Assembly: GCF_003966335.1 (NCBI RefSeq)
Contig: NZ_CP034549.1
Span: 1,860,001 to 1,892,000, forward strand
Origin: Nonlabens ponticola
GTDB lineage: Bacteria > Bacteroidota > Bacteroidia > Flavobacteriales > Flavobacteriaceae
DNA: 32,000 nucleotides
Direction of reading: 5' to 3'
Position 1 is the first letter of the stretch, and each line of letters opens with the position of its first letter. A model generated the notes under the pieces. The model made no database searches. It was not told the origin of the DNA and saw only the letters and a program-made list of their open reading frames with translations. Positions 9,790 through 20,284 of the stretch are shown one piece after another. The position numbers were made by a program, and so were the translations under genes.

Positions 9790-10389
9790 TTAGAAATTAT
9801 ATGAGAGAGAAAAGCCATAGCTCGTGCCTACGGCAGATTGATTGTAGTCCATATACGGCTTAAAGCTCAAATCGCGATCTACATTAAATTGACTCAGGTG
9901 TCCATCAACATTGGCATCAATAATTTGAACTGCATAGATCGCAGCCGCGATGAGCAAACTCAATTCTTTATTGCGTTGTGAGGTGCGTTGTGCGCGCTCC
10001 AGACCATCAGTACTGATGATAGGTGTTCCATCTTCTCTAGAAAATTCATCATTGGTACCTCCTTGTAATCTTATTTGGAATGCTTCTCGCAGTCCGTCAT
10101 ATTCTTCATCGTTAAGTATATAAGCATAAACGGCACCACCTAATGCTGCATACGCGATAGGAATTTTCCAATACTTCTTGTTGTATGCCTGCCCTAATCC
10201 TGGAATCACGGCACTATAAAAAGCCGCTCGTGATGGACGATTGGCATCATAGGCCTCTTGAACAGCATCGGCAGCGATGATGAGATCATCGGTTTTTGCA
10301 TCTACAATAATAGTGTCCTTAGGTTGTTGTGTCTGTGCGACAGCCCATCCAGAAACCAGCATTAATAAGATGATGAGAATCCTAGCCAT
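9790..10389 (-). CDS. DUF5683-like secreted/membrane protein
   Basis: ORF-track entry 9790..10419. The likely start is the internal ATG at 10389 (MARILIILLMLVSGWAVAQ signal peptide). It holds the conserved position between parB and dapB seen in Flavobacteriia, and carries FYSAVIPGLGQAYNKKYWKIP. Confidence 0.7.
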   Translation of the reverse strand: MARILIILLMLVSGWAVAQTQQPKDTIIVDAKTDDLIIAADAVQEAYDANRPSRAAFYSAVIPGLGQAYNKKYWKIPIAYAALGGAVYAYILNDEEYDGLREAFQIRLQGGTNDEFSREDGTPIISTDGLERAQRTSQRNKELSLLIAAAIYAVQIIDANVDGHLSQFNVDRDLSFKPYMDYNQSAVGTSYGFSLSYNF

Positions 10390-11278
10390 TGATAATTTTT
10401 GTGATGCGTTCCAGATCATCCTTTGAGGTGAAAGCTATCGTCAATTTTCCTTTTCCAGACTTGGTCGTAGTTGCCGTAACCTTTGTATTTAAGGCATCAC
10501 TTAGATAGCTAATGGACTTCTCAACATGTGCAGGAAGGCTTTTAGTTTTGTTCTGCTTTCGCGAAAGCTGACCACCCTTCAAACCCTTTACCAATGCCTC
10601 AGTATCACGTACTGATAAGTTGTCTGACAATATTTTTTGATAGATATCCAATTGATCCTCAAGACTCTCAACGCTTATGAGTGCGCGACCATGCCCCATA
10701 CTAATGAAGTTGTCGCGCATACCAGTCTGTATGATCGGGTCTAATTTTAATAGGCGCAAATAGTTGGCAATCGCGCTACGGCTCTTGCCCACACGATCAC
10801 TCATTTGTTCTTGAGTCAGATCAATTTCTTCAATCAATCGCTGGTATGATAAAGCAATTTCAATAGGATCTAAATCTTGACGCTGTATGTTCTCAACCAA
10901 GGCCATTTCCAACGATTCCTGATCGTTAGCAATACGCACATAAGCAGGAATGGTCCTGAGCCCCAATAATTTTGATGCACGGCATCGACGCTCACCTGAG
11001 ACCAGTTCAAACTTGCCAAAACCTTTCTTGCGCACCGTGATAGGTTGTATCACGCCTAATTCTTTTATAGAAGAGGCAAGTTCACGTAGCTGCTCCTCGT
11101 TAAAACTAGTTCTAGGCTGGAAAGGATTCATCTCAATATCATCCAGCGGTAAATCCACAACATTGCCTACAATCTTATCGGCATTCTTGTCTTTAACGCT
11201 ATTGATATCGTTGGTTGGATCTTTTAAAAGAGCCGATAAACCGCGGCCTAGGGCTTGTTTTTTAGTTGCTTTGGCCAT
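10382..11278 (-). CDS. parB: Chromosome partitioning protein ParB
   Basis: 298 aa. It has LGRGLSALL, IQPITVRK, the ParB box LVSGERRCRASKLLGL, and an HTH at TQEQMSDRVGKSRSAIANYLRLLKL. Confidence 0.93.
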   Translation of the reverse strand: MAKATKKQALGRGLSALLKDPTNDINSVKDKNADKIVGNVVDLPLDDIEMNPFQPRTSFNEEQLRELASSIKELGVIQPITVRKKGFGKFELVSGERRCRASKLLGLRTIPAYVRIANDQESLEMALVENIQRQDLDPIEIALSYQRLIEEIDLTQEQMSDRVGKSRSAIANYLRLLKLDPIIQTGMRDNFISMGHGRALISVESLEDQLDIYQKILSDNLSVRDTEALVKGLKGGQLSRKQNKTKSLPAHVEKSISYLSDALNTKVTATTTKSGKGKLTIAFTSKDDLERITKIING

Positions 11279-12047
11279 GTGATTGAGCGTTTTTTTGGAT
11301 TAATTCATTGGCAAGGCTCAGATAATTTTCTGATCCTTTACTGGATGCATCATAATTGATAATGCTCTCACCATAAGATGGCGCTTCACTCAAACGCACA
11401 TTACGCTGAATGATTGTATTAAAGGTAAGCCCTTTAAAATGTTGATTCACTTCTTCAACCACCTGATTTGATAGGCGCAACCTACTGTCATACATGGTAA
11501 GCAGCAAGCCTTCAATATCTAGATCGTCGTTATGGATGTTTTGCACGCTTTTAATGGTATTGAGCAGTTTGCCCAAACCTTCGAGCGCAAAATACTCACA
11601 TTGTATTGGGATTAGGACACTATCACTAGCCGTGAGCGCATTCAAGGTAAGTAGTCCCAATGATGGTGCGCAGTCAATAATAAGATAGTCATATTGATCC
11701 TTGATAGGTGCAAGCGCCTTGCGCATCATATATTCACGTTGCTCGACGTCCACTAACTCAATCTCAATCGCTACCAGATCAATATGTGCTGGTATGATGT
11801 CAAGATTGGGTGATTGGGTTTTTACAATGAGATCTGCAGCTGAGACGGTATGCTCTAGCAATTGGTAAGTTCCTTGCTCTACCTGATCAACGTCAATGCC
11901 TAGACCACTTGAGGCATTTGCCTGTGGATCTGCATCAATGAGCAGTACCGATTTTTCAAGGACACCTAATGATGCAGCGAGATTGACGGCAGTTGTTGTC
12001 TTTCCTACACCACCTTTTTGGTTTGCTATTGCAATAATTTTACCCAT
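11262..12047 (-). CDS. parA: Chromosome partitioning ATPase ParA/Soj
   Basis: ORF-track entry 11262..12104. The likely start is at 12047 (MGKIIAIANQKGGVGKTTTAVNLA, deviant Walker A). DCAPSLG and the rest of the sequence are typical ParA. Confidence 0.92.
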   Translation of the reverse strand: MGKIIAIANQKGGVGKTTTAVNLAASLGVLEKSVLLIDADPQANASSGLGIDVDQVEQGTYQLLEHTVSAADLIVKTQSPNLDIIPAHIDLVAIEIELVDVEQREYMMRKALAPIKDQYDYLIIDCAPSLGLLTLNALTASDSVLIPIQCEYFALEGLGKLLNTIKSVQNIHNDDLDIEGLLLTMYDSRLRLSNQVVEEVNQHFKGLTFNTIIQRNVRLSEAPSYGESIINYDASSKGSENYLSLANELIQKNAQSHGQSN

Positions 12048-12164
12048 GTAAACTGTCGAGAATTTAAGAATGCTAAAGTAAATATTATTGCGCTCTTTAT
12101 ACAATCAAACAACGCCGACTTATACAAACTCATTGTTTACAGCTAGCTTGACTATTTTTGACAC

Positions 12165-13406
12165 ATGAGCAAATTACTAGTCATAGGATTCACATGGCCA
12201 GAGCCACAACGCACCGCAGCCGGTTATAGGATGATGCAGTTGTTGAACATGTTTCAAGAAATGGGGCATGAGGTAGTTTTTTGCTGTGCAGCGCGATTGT
12301 TGGAACGACATGAAAACTATCTAGCAGCACTCAAAATAAAGCCACGACGTATTTCATTGACTGATGACAGTCTCGATCAAGTACTTGCTGGGTTTAATCC
12401 TCAATTGGTAATGTATGATAGGTATCTCATTGAGGAGCAATACGGCTGGAAAGTACGTGAGTACGACCATAAAATCATCCAGATCCTGGATACAGAGGAT
12501 TTACATTGCTTAAGACATGCTCGCGAGCAAGAATTAATACACGGTGTCGATATCAACGTAGCTCTGACGGATACGATTGCTCTACGTGAGATTAGTAGTA
12601 TCATGCGCTGTCAACTTACTTTGATAATATCAAGGTACGAGATGAAATTGTTGCATGATTTTTATGAAGTGCCATCTCATTTACTATTGCACGTTCCTTT
12701 TTTGTGTAAGAAAGAGACCATCGATGATGCTAGTGAAAAATTGGTAGGCTTCAATGATCGTAGGGATTATTGTGCTATCGGTAACTTCAAACATGCTCCC
12801 AATATGGATGCTGTGCGTCAACTCAAATACTATATCTGGCCCGCGATAAGGAAATTAGACCCTAATGTTCATCTATACATTTATGGAGCCAACCCAACCG
12901 CCGAGGCTATGGCTATGCACCATCCAGATGACCATTTTCATATTAGAGCACAGACACCAGATATTCATAAAGTTTTGAGCACTCATCGAGTGATGCTGGC
13001 GCCGTTGCGTTTTGGTGCTGGTCTTAAAGGTAAACTGTACGACGCACTACTTAATGGTTTGCCTACGGTAATGACGCCCATCGCTGCAGAGTCGATGTAT
13101 GTTGAGAATTTTATGCCTGGAGTCGTGGTGGATGATCTTGATCAATTTGCAACTGCTGCGGTGAGTCTTTACCGTGATGGAACTAGATGGAATCTTTATC
13201 AGCAATATTCTTCTTTTAATTTGAATACACTTTATGAGGATACTGCTTTCGCGAAATCGGTACAATTAAAAATTAATGATCTACAACGTGATCCATCTAG
13301 TAACGCTCAGACTTTTATACACGAGATGCTATCCTATCACGGTCAAGAACATTTCAAATTTAAAGGCTATTGGATACGATTGAAAAACGGCGCAAAATCT
13401 TCATAG
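12165..13406 (+). CDS. Glycosyltransferase (GT-B, family 1/4-like)
   Basis: 413 aa. The C-terminal motif APLRFGAGLKGKLYDALLNGLPTVMTP resembles the GT1/GT4 E/R-x-FG...A...G-x-P signature. The substrate is unknown. Confidence 0.7.
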   Translation: MSKLLVIGFTWPEPQRTAAGYRMMQLLNMFQEMGHEVVFCCAARLLERHENYLAALKIKPRRISLTDDSLDQVLAGFNPQLVMYDRYLIEEQYGWKVREYDHKIIQILDTEDLHCLRHAREQELIHGVDINVALTDTIALREISSIMRCQLTLIISRYEMKLLHDFYEVPSHLLLHVPFLCKKETIDDASEKLVGFNDRRDYCAIGNFKHAPNMDAVRQLKYYIWPAIRKLDPNVHLYIYGANPTAEAMAMHHPDDHFHIRAQTPDIHKVLSTHRVMLAPLRFGAGLKGKLYDALLNGLPTVMTPIAAESMYVENFMPGVVVDDLDQFATAAVSLYRDGTRWNLYQQYSSFNLNTLYEDTAFAKSVQLKINDLQRDPSSNAQTFIHEMLSYHGQEHFKFKGYWIRLKNGAKSS

Positions 13407-13721
13407 AAGAAGAACCTTTACCAAAGTGTATTACATCGATAAAATTTTATTAAATCCGTTTAAACGACGTTTTCAGCTCTTTTAATGTTAAAAATAACGT
13501 CAAAACAAGACTTTTAATCGATTATTTTATTTATCAAATGTTCTGAAAATCGATTAAATGCACTAGTTGTAAGCATTCAAAATTATATTATGCATGCATA
13601 AGACACTGTTTTTGAGTTGGTTATACTACTTGTATTTAATTTGATAATATTTGGTTACAAATCAGTTTGTAATTATTTAGAAGCCTGTTATCCTTGTTAT
13701 GTTACCCCTAAACGATATGAC

Positions 13722-16700
13722 ATGTCTAAATCTTTACTCTACTATCGATTTATTTTACTTTCTTCCATTCTATTAATTGGAGCTATCAGTCATGCCCAGC
13801 GCGTGGAAATTTTCAACGCGAATTTTAGTGATGACGTTGGTGATAACGCAGGTTGGTATCAACAATCGTCCTATATAAGTGGCGGTTATATTGTAAATAA
13901 AACTAACGCATGGATGAGAGGAGCAGATGCTGCTTATCCCGGAGCTGAGGGTAGTTTTTACCATTTACGTAGAGACTATAACTCCAATCGTACTTATAGA
14001 AGTTACATGTCTTCTTATTTGTATTCACCTATTATTAATCTCACGGGAAAAGATAAATTGTCCATGTCTTTTGAATGGTGGTTAGATACCTATCCAGGAA
14101 CTGGAGCTGAAGGTTTTAAGATAGAATACTCTATTGATGGTGGCACTACTTGGAGGGTTTTGGGTGATCACACTGATGAGTTAGCGGTAAATTGGTATCC
14201 TAGTCTAGCAAATGGTGTATTAGATGGGTATGATGAATTTGGGGACCCTATAGAAGAAGGCGGATGGACTACCGATACAGGTGCATGGGTTTTTTCTTCA
14301 ATTGATTTGCCAGCACAAGCTTTCAACGATAATTCCCAAACTCAGTTTAGATTTTATTTTGAAAGTGACGGTTATTTATCAAATATAGCTAAGGGTCTTG
14401 CCATAGATAATTTTAAAATTATTGGGGACGATATCAAAGTAAAAAATTATTCTGATTGTGGCTTGGGTATAGGTCAAAATTTGGAGCTATGGCTCAACGG
14501 TAGAACATTAGCTAGTTACAGCGATGGTGACAAAGTAGATCAGTGGACAAACATTTCATCCTTGGACCCTGCTGCTAATATTAGTAGTGAATGGACAAGT
14601 GCGACTTCTAAAGGTGCTGAAAGGCCAACCTATTATGATAACCCAACTGATAATGTGAATTTCAATCCAGTGGTTTCATTTGATGGTACAAACGCGATGT
14701 ATGGAAAGTCTGGTTTTTATAGTCAAGACATCTATATGGTCATTAATCCAGCACTAGGAATTACTGCATCAAGACCAACTGAGGATGTTTTTCATGGTGA
14801 CGATTATGAGACGGATATAGGTAGCCAGGACGTTACGGGAATCTCGATTAATAATACTAGCGCACGATACGGTGCGTTGCCAGATATCGCAGCTTACAAT
14901 CAAGGAGCACAAACAAGTTATGGTAAGGCCATTATACATCCTACACTATCTTATACACGACCAGTTCTATTTAATGCTCGTGTAAAAGCAGACGGTTCTG
15001 GAATGGATCTTTATCTAGATGGTATTGATTTAGGAGTTACGCTAAGTGCAAGTCTTTCAGACGAGCAAAATATCGAGACTTTCAAAGATATTCTCGATAG
15101 TAGATATTGGTTGGGAAGATCAGAATTTTGGGGAACATCTTTTACAGGAGACATCATGGAGGTTATGAGTTTTTCTGAAAGAAAAAGTGATGCAGATCGT
15201 GCGAGACTAGAATCTTATTTAGCCGTCAAATTTGGTATTACACTAGGCTTGTTCCCTGTGGATGAAATTGCATTACCGCATGTTCCAGGAGCGTACTTTG
15301 ATAGTGCAGGTAATGCTTTATGGAATGGGGCTTTACACCCAGGATTTACTTACAATGTGACTGGTATAGGTCGTGACGATTGTTCTTTATTGCATCAAAA
15401 ACAAGCAAAAAGTGTTGACCCTAATACATTCATTACCGTAGGTCTAGGAGATATTGCTGCGACAAATGCTCAAAACACCAATGCATTTCAATCTGATGGA
15501 GATTTCTTAATGTGGGGTAGCACACCATCAACATTAGTAGCACTGCCTACACCGTTAGTTGTGAATTTGGGTCCTAGCGTCGTGACAACCTTTACAGATG
15601 TCACAGAGCGCACATGGAAATTTAAAGAGATTTCATTAGTAGGAAATGACATTCCAGAAGTAAAGCTATCTGTTGAAACTAGTGGTTTGACCTCATTACC
15701 TGTCATCACAGGCAATGATGCATACGTGATGATTGTAGCAGACGATGCAGCATTTATTACCAATGTGGAAACCATATTCCTAAAAACAGTAGGTGACCGC
15801 CAGGAATGTAATTATGATTTTGACGGTGAGAAGTATGTGAAATTTGGAGTTGCTCATGAAGTAATCACGCCACGACATGTAAACTTTGACGGGACTAATG
15901 ATTATGTTGCGATGGATGATGAACTAGATATGACAGGAGACTTCAGCATATCGGCTTGGGTCTACACTACAGGATCCAACAGTAGTAATAATTCAAAAAC
16001 TATCGTATCAAAAAGAGCTGGGGTCAATGAAGGTTATCATTTCTTGATAAGAGATTCAAATGAGCTTCAAGTGAACTTTAGAGATGGTGTTTCAATTAGA
16101 TCAAACACTCGCATCAATAATAATGCATGGACTTATGTAGCATTTGTCTATGAAGGTGGTGAAGGAAGATTGTATATCGATGGAATTCTGGATACATCTA
16201 AATCAATGGCGGCTATGGTCGATAATGATAATAAGTTTTGTATTGGTGCTAGGTATATATCAAAGAATAATTTGAATAACTATTTTAAAGGTAGGTTAGA
16301 AGAAATCAGAATGTTTGATACTGCAATCACGGTAGATCAATTACGATTTATGATGAACCAAGAGATACTTAAAGATGGTACGGGTATCAAAGGGACAATT
16401 ATTCCTACTTCTGTAACTAAGAATGATTTATCCGGACTCCAAGAAACAAATCTTGCTGCTTACTTCAATATGAATACCTATATAGGAACGCATCTTAATG
16501 ATGCTTCAGGAAATGGACATAGAGGTAGCTTGAAGAGTCCTGAGAATTTTGAGATACAGGTGCAATCGGCACCGTTGCCTTACATCGCGATAGGTGATGG
16601 ACAATGGGATGATCCTAGCAACTGGATGAATGGAACTGAAGGGTATTTCCCAGGATTCACACGAGTTATCAATGGTAGAACGGAGAAAATAGACTGGAAC

Positions 16701-18425
16701 ATAGTACGCACAGCACAGGATATATCACTGACAAATGAAGATGTGACCTTATTAGGCCTTGAGGTCTTAGGAGGTGAATTGAGCGTTAAGAACGACCACG
16801 GTTTAACAGTGACGCATCATTTAATCCTCAACGGGACTATCGATCTAGAAGGAGAATCACAACTCGTACAAACAACAAACAGTGATTTGATCGCCACAGC
16901 ATTAGGAAAGATTGAACGCGATCAACAAGGAACATCTGATGGATTTAATTACAATTTCTGGTCATCGCCAGTAAGTAAATCATCTACTGGAGCCAACTCT
17001 GGCTTTAGTCTGGAAGACGTGCTGAGAGACGGCACAGACGTCAATAATATAAAACCTCTTAACTACACCAATTCTAGTGTAAATAATGGAGCACCAGCGA
17101 CAGCGACCAGTGCTGCTACCATATCTGGTAGATGGTTGTACAAGTATAGCAACTTTGCGAGTGGTACGTATTCAAACTGGTTGTATATGCCACCATCCAT
17201 GGACAATCTTACTGGTGAAGGCTGGACCATGAAAGGTACCTTTGCTAGTGGTGGTGAACAAAACTACACTTTTGTTGGTACGCCTAATAATGGTGATATT
17301 ACTTTACCAATAAGCAATGGCAGTGATTACCTGATTGGTAATCCATATCCTAGTGCTATCGACGCGCACCAATTTTTACAGGATAATCCAGATCTAGATG
17401 GTACCGTTTATTTCTGGGAACATTGGGGTGGCAATAGCCACACACTCAAGGAATATCAAGGCGGTTATAGCACGTACAATCTTTCTGGTGGTGTAGGTAA
17501 CGCTACGCTAGGAACATCACATCCATTGGTAAATTCTGGTGGTGTGGCTGTTAAGGTGCCTAAGAGATATATTCCTGTAGCACAAGGTTTCTTTGTCACA
17601 GGAACAAGCGATGGCACCATCACCTTCAACAATTCACAGCGACAGTTTGAGACTGAAGGTTCAGGTAACAGCATATTTACCGCGGCTCCTGGTAGCGGTC
17701 AAGTTACCGCAAGTGAATATCACGATACTAGTGACTCACGTGCCAAAATACGTCTAGGTTTCAATTCACCTAACAAGATTCACCGTCAGCTGTTGCTCAC
17801 GGTAGATAGCAGTGCCACCGCAGGATATGATCGTGGTTATGATGGTCTTATGTATGGTGAGCAGTATGATGATATGTCATGGGTGGTAGAGAACGAGAAA
17901 TACGTCATTCAAGGAATAGATGATTTAAAGGACGATACCGTTTTACCTTTACAGATCAAGTTGCGCGACGCTGGTCCAATAAGCATTGTTATTGACGAGT
18001 TATCCAACTTCCCTGTCGATCAAGACATATATATTTATGATAATAAAACAGGAGTATATTCCAACCTGAGAGATGAGGAGTTTACGGTGGACTATCTGTA
18101 TGGTGGAAAACACACTGATCGTTTCTTCCTAGTCTTTGAAGAACAAAGCACATTAAGTAACGATGATGTAGATGATCTAACCGTAGGGTTACAAGTTTAT
18201 AAGCCGGCAAGTCAATCACATATTGTTGTAAAAAACAACACGGGCTTAGGTATCAATCAAGTGCGATTGACCAATATGTTGGGACAGCAGGTTGCCCAAT
18301 GGGAAGCTGATAATCAACAACTACAGCAACAGTTCAATTACAGCGGTTTGAGTACTGGTAATTATATTGTTAGCGTTGTGATGCAGGATGACAGCGTGAG
18401 CAGTCATAAAATTCGCATAGAGTAA
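13722..18425 (+). CDS. Giant secreted protein with a LamG/concanavalin-like domain and a T9SS C-terminal sorting domain
   Basis: ORF-track entry 13617..18425 begins at a TTG. The ATG at 13722 gives the signal peptide MSKSLLYYRFILLSSILLIGAISHAQ. LamG-like segment: GDFSISAWVY...AWTYVAFVYEGGEGRLYIDG...GRLEEIRMFD. The C-terminus NQVRLTNMLGQQV...GNYIVSVVMQDDSVSSHKIRIE resembles a Por_Secre_tail. Confidence 0.85.
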   Translation: MSKSLLYYRFILLSSILLIGAISHAQRVEIFNANFSDDVGDNAGWYQQSSYISGGYIVNKTNAWMRGADAAYPGAEGSFYHLRRDYNSNRTYRSYMSSYLYSPIINLTGKDKLSMSFEWWLDTYPGTGAEGFKIEYSIDGGTTWRVLGDHTDELAVNWYPSLANGVLDGYDEFGDPIEEGGWTTDTGAWVFSSIDLPAQAFNDNSQTQFRFYFESDGYLSNIAKGLAIDNFKIIGDDIKVKNYSDCGLGIGQNLELWLNGRTLASYSDGDKVDQWTNISSLDPAANISSEWTSATSKGAERPTYYDNPTDNVNFNPVVSFDGTNAMYGKSGFYSQDIYMVINPALGITASRPTEDVFHGDDYETDIGSQDVTGISINNTSARYGALPDIAAYNQGAQTSYGKAIIHPTLSYTRPVLFNARVKADGSGMDLYLDGIDLGVTLSASLSDEQNIETFKDILDSRYWLGRSEFWGTSFTGDIMEVMSFSERKSDADRARLESYLAVKFGITLGLFPVDEIALPHVPGAYFDSAGNALWNGALHPGFTYNVTGIGRDDCSLLHQKQAKSVDPNTFITVGLGDIAATNAQNTNAFQSDGDFLMWGSTPSTLVALPTPLVVNLGPSVVTTFTDVTERTWKFKEISLVGNDIPEVKLSVETSGLTSLPVITGNDAYVMIVADDAAFITNVETIFLKTVGDRQECNYDFDGEKYVKFGVAHEVITPRHVNFDGTNDYVAMDDELDMTGDFSISAWVYTTGSNSSNNSKTIVSKRAGVNEGYHFLIRDSNELQVNFRDGVSIRSNTRINNNAWTYVAFVYEGGEGRLYIDGILDTSKSMAAMVDNDNKFCIGARYISKNNLNNYFKGRLEEIRMFDTAITVDQLRFMMNQEILKDGTGIKGTIIPTSVTKNDLSGLQETNLAAYFNMNTYIGTHLNDASGNGHRGSLKSPENFEIQVQSAPLPYIAIGDGQWDDPSNWMNGTEGYFPGFTRVINGRTEKIDWNIVRTAQDISLTNEDVTLLGLEVLGGELSVKNDHGLTVTHHLILNGTIDLEGESQLVQTTNSDLIATALGKIERDQQGTSDGFNYNFWSSPVSKSSTGANSGFSLEDVLRDGTDVNNIKPLNYTNSSVNNGAPATATSAATISGRWLYKYSNFASGTYSNWLYMPPSMDNLTGEGWTMKGTFASGGEQNYTFVGTPNNGDITLPISNGSDYLIGNPYPSAIDAHQFLQDNPDLDGTVYFWEHWGGNSHTLKEYQGGYSTYNLSGGVGNATLGTSHPLVNSGGVAVKVPKRYIPVAQGFFVTGTSDGTITFNNSQRQFETEGSGNSIFTAAPGSGQVTASEYHDTSDSRAKIRLGFNSPNKIHRQLLLTVDSSATAGYDRGYDGLMYGEQYDDMSWVVENEKYVIQGIDDLKDDTVLPLQIKLRDAGPISIVIDELSNFPVDQDIYIYDNKTGVYSNLRDEEFTVDYLYGGKHTDRFFLVFEEQSTLSNDDVDDLTVGLQVYKPASQSHIVVKNNTGLGINQVRLTNMLGQQVAQWEADNQQLQQQFNYSGLSTGNYIVSVVMQDDSVSSHKIRIE

Positions 18426-18449
18426 ACACAGCTAGCGTAATTAAATAAG

Positions 18450-18480
18450 AAACCCATCGTTATTGATGGGTTTTTGTTTT
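18450..18480 (+). terminator. Rho-independent terminator of the T9SS cargo gene
   Basis: AAACCCATC-gttatt-GATGGGTTT followed by TTTGTTTT, about 25 nt after the stop. Confidence 0.8.
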
Positions 18481-18503
18481 GTGATAAAGTTGGTCATTAT
18501 TAC

Positions 18504-18517
18504 GCTTTCGCGAAAGC
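18504..18517. repeat. Intergenic copy of the 14-bp perfect palindrome GCTTTCGCGAAAGC
   Basis: Exact match. Other exact copies are at 1613, 6149, 10555, 20437 and 27483, and a one-mismatch copy is at 13245. Confidence 0.95.
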
Positions 18518-18601
18518 AAAATTCTCAATCACCTTATGACTATTTAATAGTTCAAAGGTTCATCAAATCATTTTGCAAGCTGTGATTGGAGTTTCAACCA
18601 A

Positions 18602-18961
18602 TTACTGTCTATCCAGCAGCTTTTGAGATACTTTAAACTCTGCACGGTACAGCATGTTTTTGTGAGTTCTCTTGAATTTGCCAAATGCCGTCTTGTACCA
18701 TTGCGGCATAGTCGCTTTCTTGCGGTAAGCTTCATGATTGTCCGTTCTTACCAGCATTTTGTCCTTGTAGGCTTCGATTTTGTAAATGGCGATACCATAA
18801 TGTTCTGCTCTGATTAGGATGGTGGCAAAATCTGATTCAGAAAAATAGTTTTTATCCTGATCTAGGCCTTCATTGTGATTTTCCAGATCAAAGAAGACTT
18901 TCTCCACCAGAAAGCTTTGTTGTTTTTGCAGGTGATCGGTGTCGTTTGTATAGTCGCTCAT
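18602..18961 (-). CDS. Hypothetical protein (119 aa), probably co-transcribed with the upstream helicase
   Basis: The ORF lies 6 nt downstream of the helicase stop on the same strand. I recognised no motif. Confidence 0.55.
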   Translation of the reverse strand: MSDYTNDTDHLQKQQSFLVEKVFFDLENHNEGLDQDKNYFSESDFATILIRAEHYGIAIYKIEAYKDKMLVRTDNHEAYRKKATMPQWYKTAFGKFKRTHKNMLYRAEFKVSQKLLDRQ

Positions 18962-18967
18962 AGTGTT

Positions 18968-20284
18968 TTAATCTTCTAATAAAGAGATGCGCAATTTACG
19001 TTTCTTGATGCGGCTATTATTGAGTTTGTCGATTAATTCAATGGTCTTTTCATGCGGCACAGCTACAAAAGCACATTCTTGCTTAAGCTCAATAACACCC
19101 AACTCGTTCTTCTCAAGGTTACCCTGCTTGAAGAATAGGCCAGCGATATCACCCTTAGAAATTTTATCGCGCCTACCACCAGAAATGTAGAGGGTTTCCC
19201 ATTGAGGATTTTGTGATGCAGACTCACGAAGATTCATCGATAGAGTAGTGGCGCCGTCAATAAAATCAGGTAGTTCTCTTTCTTTGTCCTTGAGTAAAAT
19301 TGCCGTTCCTGTAGTATTCATCCTGGCAGTGCGACCGTTTCTATGAATAAATTCATCTTTTCTAGCTGGCAACTGGTAATGAATGATAAAGTCAAGTGCA
19401 GGAACATCGATACCACGAGCCGCAAGGTCTGTGGCAAGCAAAATGGTGTGTGTACCGTTTCTAAATTTGATAAGCGCCCGCTCACGATCTTGTTGTTCAA
19501 GCCCACCATAAAAAACGGAATGCCTCAAATCATTATTCCATAAATGATCACTTACCTCGCCAATGGTATCCTTAAAATTGCAGAATATTATACCGCGCTT
19601 ATTGCCCAATAGCCCTAACAAATTAGTCAATGTCTTGAGTTTATCATCTTTATATTCAACGAACTTAAGTTGTATTTCTGGACGCTGTTGATCCAGGAAA
19701 TTAAGTCGGGTAGGTGAGTTCATTTTCATGAATTTGGGTATGCCTACCTTTTGCGTTGCGCTGGTCAATATTTTGTTGGTTAGCTGTGGTAATGATCCTA
19801 CTATTTGGGACATTTCTTGTTCAAAACCAGTTTCTAGTGATTTGTCAAATTCGTCGAGAACGAGAACGGATAATTTGCCGGTGTCAACCTGGTCACGTCT
19901 TAAATGATCTGCCACGCGACCTGGTGTACCTATGAGAATCGCTGGTGGCGTTGTGAGTAATATTTTATCACTTGAACCAGATCTACCACCATATACCGCG
20001 TTGACCTTATAACCACTACCCATTTCTCGCACCACTTGTTCTATCTGTATGGCGAGTTCTCTTGAAGGCACAAGTATCAAGGCTTGTACTAGTTCTACAT
20101 CAGGGTTCAATAGCTCTAATAGCGGTAGCAAAAAAGCGACTGTCTTTCCAGATCCTGTTGGTGAGAGCAGTACAACTTCATCGTTATTCAATATCGCTTG
20201 TTGGGTAGCGAGTTGCATCTGGTTGAGCTGCTCGATATTAAGTTTGGCTAGTAATTCTTTATTAGTCTTTAGAGAGTTGGTCAT
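18968..20284 (-). CDS. DEAD-box-type ATP-dependent RNA helicase with a DbpA-like C-terminal RNA-binding domain
   Basis: 438 aa. Motifs: I SPTGSGKT, Ia PSRELA, TPGR, II DEFD (a variant of DEAD), III SAT, VI HRNGRTAR. The C-terminus YISGGRRDKISKGDIAGLF...IGVIELKQECAFVAV resembles the DbpA domain. Confidence 0.88.
   Translation of the reverse strand: MTNSLKTNKELLAKLNIEQLNQMQLATQQAILNNDEVVLLSPTGSGKTVAFLLPLLELLNPDVELVQALILVPSRELAIQIEQVVREMGSGYKVNAVYGGRSGSSDKILLTTPPAILIGTPGRVADHLRRDQVDTGKLSVLVLDEFDKSLETGFEQEMSQIVGSLPQLTNKILTSATQKVGIPKFMKMNSPTRLNFLDQQRPEIQLKFVEYKDDKLKTLTNLLGLLGNKRGIIFCNFKDTIGEVSDHLWNNDLRHSVFYGGLEQQDRERALIKFRNGTHTILLATDLAARGIDVPALDFIIHYQLPARKDEFIHRNGRTARMNTTGTAILLKDKERELPDFIDGATTLSMNLRESASQNPQWETLYISGGRRDKISKGDIAGLFFKQGNLEKNELGVIELKQECAFVAVPHEKTIELIDKLNNSRIKKRKLRISLLED

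Noticed and set aside
10950-11282. 110-aa plus-strand ORF antisense to parB, and similar antisense ORFs in parA, the helicase, and the 416..4153 and 13722..18425 genes
   Set aside because: They are fully nested in strongly supported genes on the opposite strand and have no motifs. They are typical shadow ORFs.
13617-13721. N-terminal extension of the T9SS protein (track start at 13617)
   Set aside because: It starts at a TTG and encodes an implausible Cys/Tyr-rich leader. The ATG at 13722 gives a canonical signal peptide.
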